Origin: Octopus sinensis
Lineage: Eukaryota
Assembly: GCF_006345805.1 (NCBI RefSeq)
Contig: NC_043015.1
Span: 11,284,001-11,348,000, forward strand
Length of the DNA: 64,000 bases
Reading direction: 5' to 3'
The notes under the pieces: model-generated
Database searches by the model: none
What the model saw: the letters and a program-made list of their open reading frames with translations, nothing else
Told to the model about the DNA's origin: nothing
Shown: positions 54,576 to 64,000 of the stretch, one piece after another
Layout of the letters: the number at the start of each line of letters is the position of its first letter
How positions within the stretch are numbered: the first letter of the stretch is position 1
Program-made: the position numbers and the translations under genes

Positions 54576-55799
54576 GATTATATGGGTACAGGACGTCACC
54601 AAGAGTAAACAACATGAAATACGAAAACAAATGAGTTTCACACGCAAACAACGAGAGAAACAAATGGAAAACAGGACAAGTAATATAACGAACGACCCTT
54701 CACCAGTTGTTGGCTGTCTTTCTACTCATAATTTCGAGCAGTGTACGACAACACGAGTCTTCGAAGACAGTTGCTCCCATAAGCACCAAAATAAAATTTG
54801 GGATTTATGGATGGACAGGACAATGTATATCGGAGTAGATAGGCATAGATATACAGCCGACAAGGAAATCGAACGAAAACAATCCTGGAGGGTCGTTAGA
54901 AGAGAACGAGGGTAAAATTGTGAACGCTTAGGAAATGTTTTCTTTCACAAGAGAAAGCATAGCAGAGAGATGTAGGATGCGGGTGCACACGCTCACACAC
55001 ACATACGATTGGACAAACAAAAGAATAAGGCACTCAACACTTTGAGTAGGAGTTACATATAATATTACAATATAAAACATTTTGACTCACCTCCATACGA
55101 CTTAGTTTTGCAGGTTTTTTAATTGAAACCAGTTTTGTTTAGACTTGGACAGTCAAATGGAGACACTGGACAGGAAGCTGAGAGAAGCAAGGCTGGCGAG
55201 AGAGAGAGTGTGTGTGTGTGTGTGTGAGCACTAAGTGTATGGGTTCGTGGATGTATGTGTGTTATTGGTTGTACAATTGTACTTTATACATATTTGTGTG
55301 TACGTGAGTGTGTGCGAATACTTGTGAGTTTGTGACAGTGATACACGTGATTATGATGCATGTATCGGTGCGTGTATGTAAGCATGTAATTCTTGCATTT
55401 GTGTATAAACTCATGCTAGTGTGCCTGTTTGTCTTGAAGAAAATATATACATGTGTGTTTTTGTCTGATATGTGTTTCTTTGCATACATGTCCATACTTT
55501 GGATATTTATGCATGCGGGGGTGAAAGACGTATGCTCGTGTAGTTGCAACAGCGTTGGTTGGAGAACATGAGCATGAGATTGCGGTGTGGTGGCAGAGGG
55601 TAATTATACGTACTTATATGTATGAATGCATACGTAAATGTGTAAGCATGCAGCAAATTTTCCAGAAACCATGTTGGACTTCTTGTGTTTCTCCATTTGG
55701 TAATCTGAGATTGATGAAGCCGGGTTTCTCTTTGAAATCTGCCAAACTTTAAGTGACATGGAGCCGAACCAAGCGCTTTTACAGAATATATATGTAGAT

Positions 55800-55992
55800 C
55801 GTTATGATAAATCGTTAGCTCCGACACGCATTTTTTCTCTCCTTGTTTTTTTCTGTGTATCTTTCTGTCGAAAAGCGTAGGCACGAAACGTAAAAGACTT
55901 GTTCTATTTCTATTCCTGAGCGCTATACTAATACATTTGTTTGTTTGTACTCCACCTGCTTTTGTCTTTTGTTTATTTTCGTAAACTTTCCG

Positions 55993-55995
<3 letters not shown>
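55800..55995 (+). mobile_element. Penelope-type terminal repeat fragment
   Basis: ..gaaaagcgtaggcacgaaacgtaaaagac.. core of the kind found at PLE ends (inference), followed by a T-rich tail into (TA)n. Confidence 0.35.
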
Positions 55996-56045
<50 letters not shown>

Positions 56046-56689
56046 GTAATATATATATATATATATGTGTATATATATATGTATGTTTATGTATGTATGT
56101 ATGTATGTATGTATGTATGAGTGCATGTATTTATATATATATGTATGCATATATATATAGTTACACTTATGTATACATGTATATATATGCACACACACAA
56201 AAACACACACACATATATATGCATGTAGACTGTGCGCATCTCTTTATATATAAACACATAAACAGATGCACAAAGAAATGCATATATATATATATATATA
56301 TGGAAAGGTGGACAATTATCAATTCATCTCTATAGCCATACTTAACATACTTAACGAATGGAATATAATATACTTACTACAAAGTTTATATTTAGCCGGA
56401 AGCTTTCATCATGCTAAACCATCTTTATATCTGACATTTGCACTTTTACAGCGAACTTACACCAAATAAACAATAAAGAAATATCAGCCAATATATAAGA
56501 AGAAGAAGAAAAAAAGAACCGAAAAACAAAAAAAAATATACGGAAAGGAAATGAATATGTATGCAGAATGTTTTTTTTTTCATTGCATACATTTTTTTAC
56601 CGTTCTTATTCCACATTTTGTTTCTTCTTCCTGCTCTTTATTTTGTTTTACTCCTTTCTCTCCCTTCTTCCTCTTCTTCTCCTTCTTAA

Positions 56690-56697
56690 TTTTATTA

Positions 56698-56744
<47 letters not shown>

Positions 56745-56782
56745 GTTATTATTATAATTATTATTATTATTATTATTATGAA

Positions 56783-56822
<40 letters not shown>

Positions 56823-56920
56823 TCCAAATTTATCAATATTATTATTATTAATATTATTATTATTGTTATTATTATTATTATTATTGTTATTATTATAATT
56901 ATTATTATTATTATTATGAA

Positions 56921-56966
<46 letters not shown>

Positions 56967-56993
56967 GTTATTATTATAATTATTATTATATTA

Positions 56994-57039
<46 letters not shown>

Positions 57040-57136
57040 GTTATTATCATTATTATTATTGTTATTATTATTATTATTATTGTTATTATTATAATTATTA
57101 TTATTATTATTATGAATATTATTATTATTATTATTA

Positions 57137-57172
<36 letters not shown>

Positions 57173-57394
57173 TCCAAATTTATCAATATTATTATTATTA
57201 ATATTATTATTATTTTCATCATCATTATTATAATAGTTATTTTTATTATTATTTATATCGATGTTCATCTCATCCATTTTTTTAAAAAAATTTCTAACTA
57301 TTCTTTCCCTTCAAATTCAGCCATGTATTCATCCTCTTCATATTCTTCGTTTTCTTTTATATGTATCTATTTATTCTGCTCGTTGTGTCCATCA

Positions 57395-57493
<99 letters not shown>

Positions 57494-57510
57494 CATTATC
57501 ATCATCATTG
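56690..57510. repeat. Long (ATT)n arrays with a duplicated interrupted unit
   Basis: atgaatattatt..tttccaaatttatcaatattatt occurs twice (about 56778-56860 and 57111-57215). Confidence 0.93.
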
Positions 57511-58057
57511 TTAATGCTATTAGTTGGCTCGAGTTTTCCTTCTTCAATTTTTAAAAAAATACTGCTTCACACTAATAAGAAGGAGGGTAGTAGGAGTGAT
57601 AAAGAACTGCAGGAGAGGAGAAACACATCATTACATGTGTGTGCGTGCGCGTAGAGCTGAATGCGCGTCTTTCTACAGCTACAACTAATACAAGTAGGAC
57701 AAGCAGTGCCGCAATTTGTACCAGTAACTGCAATAACAACAGCACTTTTAACCATATCAAGAAGAGAATAGAAGCAAGTATTTACAAAAATTTCACCTGT
57801 CGTTACAGCAGTACAATATATACCATCAAGAACGCTGGCATCTCGGCTATCCAACAAGTTGTTAATTGTTTCGCAAGCATAATCAATTGCGTTATTGCCG
57901 CAGGATATGAATGACCCAAATTATTGCTAAGTAAGAGCGGATAAACATTGACCTGAATAGTGAGGCTGCAGATCCAGTAAAATATCCAGAAGTAACACAT
58001 AGTTATAATAATAATAATAATAATATAATAATAATAATTAACAACAACAAAAACAAC

Positions 58058-58134
<77 letters not shown>

Positions 58135-58136
<2 letters not shown>

Positions 58137-58690
58137 GCCCTGATGCAGTACCAGGCAGTGGCTCTCATGGCTTCTGATCTTAACTGATTGGAAGTGTTAT
58201 CATGTACATTGTTTTGTCTTGGTATAAAAGATGGGCTACAGCAAATATTCTGCTCAATACCACAGATTTGCTTGTCAGTTGTTTGACCTTAACCAGTTGA
58301 GCATGTCCCTTAGTGGCTGACGATATGTGCATCTCTGATCACGAGCAGAAGTAGTGGGGGAGCATCATAGCCATGTGTTGAGAGGGATGCTTTGGGGTTT
58401 GAATAGTTCACCTCTGGAAACATGGGTGGTTCTTTCAACATCCTTAAACAACCCTTATTCGGGGACCGTTTGAGCGGGATGGGCTACTCAACCTGAAGAA
58501 AATTCAAACTGGGCCCCACCTGCAAGGTCATGTGCTGTTTATCTTGATATGAGATCACCATGTCGCGCACATATGGTTGTGATGCATGTGCCTGGTGTAC
58601 CTTTATCAGACGGGTAGTCATGATGGGTATATTGGGCTTCGTATATTTTACCCCAGTGTCACTTTGATGGCATGAACTGCTCTCTCACTC
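58135..58690. mobile_element. Non-coding element of about 555 bp embedded in (TAA)n
   Basis: Complex, GC-richer block (aaatgccctgatgcagtacc..ctctctcactc) with sharp (AAT)n boundaries on both sides and no long ORF or tRNA boxes. Mobile-element status is inferred. Confidence 0.55.
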
Positions 58691-58740
58691 AATAATAATA
58701 ATAATAATAATAATGATAATAATAATAACAATAATAATAA

Positions 58741-59400
58741 GCAGAGGGATTTTTAATTGCAGCACAAGACCAAAGCGTCCCCACTAGAGATTACCAAAAA
58801 CATGTAATTAAAAGAAATATTACAAGTAACTGCAGAATATGTGGAGATGGACAAGAAACAATAAATCGTATTATCTCTAGCTGCCCAGTTCTGGCTAAGA
58901 AGGAATATATTCACAGACATGACAGAGTTGGAACCTACATACATTGGAAGCTATGCCAACATTATGGAATAACAACAGAAAAAAGATGGTATAGGCACAC
59001 ACCAGAAAAGGTCACAGAAAACGAGAAAGCAACTATACTCTGGGATATGCCGATACACACAGACAGAGAAATTAAGGCCAACAGACTATATATAGTTGTC
59101 AGAGACCATGAAGAAAAACAATGCTTTCTAATTGATGTATCAATACCAGCAGATGACAACGTGTCTCTAAAAGAAATGGAGAAACTCTCAAAATACAAAG
59201 ACCTGGAAATAGAGGTAACTAGAATGTGGAATCTGAAAACAGAAACAATTCCTATCATAGTAGGTGCATTAGGCATGATAAAAAAATATTCAGACAAATA
59301 CATAACAAAAACACCAGGACTTACAAACACATATAACATACAGAAAATTGCACTACTAGGCACTGCACACATCCTACGCAGAACACTTTCCATACAATAA
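58741..59400 (+). pseudogene. R4/Dong-like non-LTR retrotransposon, 5'-truncated; open C-terminal frame (zinc knuckle and restriction-like endonuclease)
   Basis: Stop-free 219 codons: AEGFLIAAQDQ..CRICGDGQETINRIISSC..HRHDRVG..WDMPI..ANRLYIVV..LIDVSIP..EKLSKYKDL..VGALG..QKIALLGTAHILRRTLSIQ*. 3'UTR to about 59500, then a (TAA)n tail. Confidence 0.92.
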
Positions 59401-59505
59401 CCATCAGAGCATCACAACAAATCACAGCACATACCCAAGGCACACAGAGCTGCGCTCGGTAGTGAAGTGAAAGCACGCTATAAAAATAAAACTACTGAAT
59501 AATGA

Positions 59506-59580
<75 letters not shown>

Positions 59581-59585
<5 letters not shown>

Positions 59586-59812
59586 TCTATGTAATCTCAA
59601 GGTTTAAAACAAACATAATTTTCGGTTTAAAAAAGAATTTTTTTTTTAGACATTCATTAGTACAACACCACCCCACCCCCAAATATATGGCACACTAGGC
59701 ATAACAACAACATGAACTTCCAGCCTGTTGTCTCTTGAGGTGTCTGGGTGAGACTTGGAGCCAACTTGTACAAATATAAAGCAAAAGTCAAACATAGAAT
59801 AATAATAATAAT
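59581..59812 (+). mobile_element. 3' end of a second R4/Dong-like subfamily
   Basis: Starts with (a)ta ctt tct atg taa (ILSM*, the same position as TLSIQ*), then a different 3'UTR ending in aaacatagaataataat. Confidence 0.6.
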
Positions 59813-61023
59813 ATTACGGCAAAACAATCAGCCACCTTTTATATATGGATGACCTAAAACTATACGCTACAAATGATAAACAGTTGGAAACACTACTATA
59901 GACAATACATGGATTTTCCAAAGAAATAGATATGAAATTTGGATTAGAAAAAATGCGCCAAAGCAACCATGAAAAGAGGAAAATAAGTTAAGAGTATCAA
60001 CATCACACTAGATAAAGAAAATGAAATAAGAGAATTAGACCAAAGCCAGACATAAAAATATTTAGGAATCCGTGAGCTAGATATGATACAACACACACAA
60101 ATGAAAGAGAAAATAAAGAAAGAATGCTATAGACGAGTTAGATCAATACTAAAAACAGAGCTCAATGCTAAAAACAAGATAATAGGTATTAACACTTTAG
60201 CCGTCCCAATTATAAGTTACAGCTACAATATCCTTAACTGGACACTAAATGAACTAACCAAAATAGACAGGAAAACAAGAAAAATACTGACAGGATCTAT
60301 GATGCCCCACACAAATTCTGACATAGAAAGGCTATATATACCACGTATAGAAGTTGGTAGAGGCCTTATACAGCTGGAAAACTATTATCAAATAACTACC
60401 ATAGGATTGCAAAAATAACTACTTCAGAAGCAAGGAAAACTGATACAAACCACGATGAAAACAAAAGACTGTTCTCGGTAATTAAGGAAGCTGACAAATA
60501 CAAACAAGAAATCATACTATATAACAAATATGAAGAAAAAGAAAAAGAAACAACAAAAGCTATAAAACAAATGAAATCCAAACTAAAACTAGAACAGCAA
60601 CGGACCATGATAAAACGATGACAAGAAAAACCCCTTCATAGCAAATACTGGACTAAAATAAATGCAAAAAAAATAGACAGAGAAAAATCTAAGCAATTGT
60701 TGAGAAGCCCAGGATTTAAAGCAGAGACAGAGGGATTTTTAATTGCAGCACAAGAACAAATCCTCCCCACCAGCAATTACCAAAAACAAATAATGAAAAG
60801 AAACATCACAAGTAACTGCAGAATATGTGGAGATGGACAAGAAACAATAAATCATATAATCTTTGACTGCCCAGTCCTAGCTAAGAAGGAATATACTCAC
60901 AGACACGACAGAGTTGGGACCTACATACACTGGAAGCTATGCCAAAACTATGGAATAACAACAGAAAAGAGCTTGTATGGGCACACACCAGAAAAGGTCA
61001 CAGAAAACGAGAAAGCAACCATA
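59813..61023 (+). pseudogene. R4/Dong-like LINE fragment: RT core to zinc knuckle, 3' end missing
   Basis: ISHLLYMDDLKLYA, KFGLEK, YLGI, KTELNAKNKI..INTLAVPIISYS, IDRKTRK, RLYIPR..GRGL, ETEGFLIAAQEQ, CRICGDGQETINHIIFDC, HRHDRVG. Several stops and frameshifts. Confidence 0.92.
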
Positions 61024-61457
61024 TGACAATATACTCATTTCTCCGACGGGTCGCCGTTACCCCTATTTTGCAGAGGAAATCGGTAGTAAGGAGACCAAGA
61101 AAGCCTCGACGGCGACCGGAACAAACCGATAGCGGCCGGCCAGGCCCCTATGTTTACTGACTTTTCTCTCTTCCACCTTTCAGGTGACACCCGTATTTGC
61201 AATAGATACTGCAAGATTGGTGCCAGTCTTATCTATACGGGGCCTGTAGGCCTGTACATAAGCATAGCATAAGTTGTTTACTTTTAAAAATAGTCGGCTA
61301 CACAGACAATAAATTTCTGATCTTGCCTGTCGACCTAGGTGGCTTAGAATGCAGGGACCTGGTTAACGGAAGCTGAACACATAACGTCTGGCATGTCATG
61401 CTTACGTAGACCAGATTAGAAAAATAGTTAGGCAAGCATTAATGGAGGCAATAGTCA
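61024..61457. mobile_element. 434-bp CpG-rich LTR-like element (TG...CA)
   Basis: Begins tgacaat and ends atagtca (6/7 inverted match); aataaa near 61308; replaces the 3' end of the LINE; no TSD visible. Confidence 0.4.
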
Positions 61458-61864
61458 ACATTAAAAGGTGGTTTGCCCTGAAAACGACAGAGTAGACGCA
61501 CTTAAGATTGGAAAGCTATTAGCGATAGAAAGAGATAAAATGGAACGAAACATAGAAAATATGTATATATGTGTACAAGTATACATGCAAAACGAGAGAA
61601 AGCAAAAGGTGGAAACATTCAGATGAATTTTTATGTACACAGGGTACAAACGAAAGAGAAAATTAAAGGTGTTGAAGAAAGGTGTAATAAGTCCAAAATC
61701 ATTTTTTTAGAGCTCGGCAATCCATAATAATTTTGGCAGATTTTGTGGATCACAGTATGCAGAATATATGGATCATCGGATAAGATGTGCTTCCGTTGGC
61801 AGGGCAGAGAAGGTCTTGTATTTCAGATCTGAATGCAGAGACGTTCAAAGATGCAAGGCTATAT

Positions 61865-61868
<4 letters not shown>

Positions 61869-61925
<57 letters not shown>

Positions 61926-62002
61926 TGGACGGGCTTCATTCAGTTTTGATACATTACAACATTTATACATTCCATCCATGGATTATCATTAATGATATTG
62001 TG

Positions 62003-62039
<37 letters not shown>

Positions 62040-62709
62040 TATACATATATACATCGTTATATAAGTGTGTGTGTGCGTACAAATCTCTATCTTTCGATCG
62101 CTGTCTATCTATATGCATACATGTGCGTGCTGGCATGTGTGCGGATGTTTATGTGTGGTGTGTGAGTATGCGTCTCTTTGTGTGTGCGCACGTATGCACA
62201 TATGCGCACACACAAGTAAAACACGTATGTGTACTTTTAACTTTTTTTTTTCTTTTATAATGTTATAACTTCGTTTGGTTCTTCCTAACGTGACTCTATA
62301 AGTGAGCTGTTGTCTGCATTATCCATACTATATATCAGACTCGTAATCCTCAAACGATAATGGGAATATGATTTCAGTTATTCCCGCTTTTTCATTCGCG
62401 TGAAATATATAGGAAGGAGAGTAAGACCATCATTATAAAGAAATAAATTTTAAAAAAGGAAAGGAAATAAAAGAGACAGAACGTGGTACAAAAATATCTG
62501 AATTGCTACGAGCTTGCTAATAACTATCTACCATTGATCGAGGTGATACGAGATGATATGGATATATTTATTATATGTATTTATATATAAGCACGTACAC
62601 ATCTATATATGCATGTAAGTGCATATATACGTGTGTGTATATATATGCACATACATATGTATATATATATAAATACATATATACATATATATATATACGT
62701 ATATATAAA

Positions 62710-62774
<65 letters not shown>

Positions 62775-63926
62775 TCATGTATACATATATATATACGAAT
62801 ATATACATATATACATATATATAAGTACATATGAGTGTGTATTTATTTTTAAATGAATGCATATAGGTGTGTTTATAATTACCTCTGTGTGTATCAGTGT
62901 GAGAAAACGTATGCATACATGTATGTATCTAAACGTGTATGTACATATATACATATGTATATAACAGTACGAATAGATATTAGTGAAATGTATACACATT
63001 TTACTTATGTGTTTGTGTATACACACTCCCATATATATATATATATATATATACATATATCAATATGAACGCCTACATATATATATATCAATATGAACAC
63101 CTACATATATATATATATATATATACAGACATACACGCACACGTATATATATTTTCATGCATGCGTACATATACATACACACACACGCACAGACTCGCTC
63201 ATAAACACTCATACACAGACACTGAAAGACACATATGCAAATATTACTTGGACCCATTTTTACACATTTCATGTTATGATTGTTATGTATTTTTGTTCTT
63301 TGTTATTTCTTCTCTTTCCTTTGAAGCTAATAACTATTTATTGGAAGTGGTATCACAGACCTTGTTGACCTCGATGATTTATCTTTAAAGCGAGGATATA
63401 TTCATGCATGTTGCTTATTTGCTTGTTTGTTTGTTTGCTTGTTTTGTGTGTATATACTGAGCGACGGATATGCATATATTCGTAGATAGACGTATAGCTA
63501 TATAGTTACATAGGTGCCCAGAATCAGACACACACAATTGATATACGTATATGATTGCATAGACAAGTACATACATTCACACAGTCATGTTTGCATACAT
63601 CCATACATTCAAGTATAATTACATGCACACATATATATAAGTATACATGTCTGTATATAAGTATATATATTTGTATATATATATATGTATACATATATAT
63701 ATATATATATATATATTGTGTGCGTGTTAATATATATATTTGTATATATATATGTATATATATATACATATATATTGTATGCGTGTTAATATATATATAC
63801 GTATATATGTATATATATATATATTGATATATATATTAATATATATATACATACAGGCATACATACATACATACATATATACATATAGATATAGATAGAA
63901 AAATATACATATATAATATATGTGTA

Positions 63927-63975
<49 letters not shown>
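61869..63975. repeat. (TA)n/(TG)n-dominated low-complexity region
   Basis: Visible arrays; all listed ORFs here are repeat translations. Confidence 0.9.
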
Positions 63976-64000
63976 GATCGGTAAGCAATCGAGCTACCCA

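Noticed and set aside
60939-61160. 73-aa basic ORF (MPKLWNN..RRPRKPRRR)
   Set aside because: It is an out-of-frame read-through across the LINE and LTR-like element junction.

Overview
Eukaryotic, AT-rich, repeat-dominated DNA, most likely intronic or intergenic sequence from an octopus or other coleoid cephalopod. This is inferred from the tRNA-derived SINE families, dense microsatellites and TE complement; no database search was run. No host protein-coding gene could be confidently identified. Nearly all ORFs in the supplied track are translations of microsatellites or TE fragments. Recognisable content: about 20 SINE copies from 3-4 families, three mariner elements plus one Tc1/maT-like fragment, several RTE-type LINE remnants, Penelope-like GIY-YIG fragments (one between 419-bp direct repeats), a possible Gypsy integrase remnant, and a head-to-tail cluster of R4/Dong-like RLE retrotransposon pieces in a (TAA)n tract (58-61 kb). 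A 1.43-kb tandem duplication at 45-48 kb looks like an assembly artefact. The best leads are the TAA-targeted retrotransposon array with an unexplained 555-bp element, a 434-bp CpG-rich LTR-like element with a textbook mini-intron, a CACGTG E-box cluster beside candidate 5' exons (10.5-14.2 kb), a dimeric SINE with a 13-bp TSD, and decayed hammerhead-like cores at Penelope ends. I found no convincing wholly novel system.
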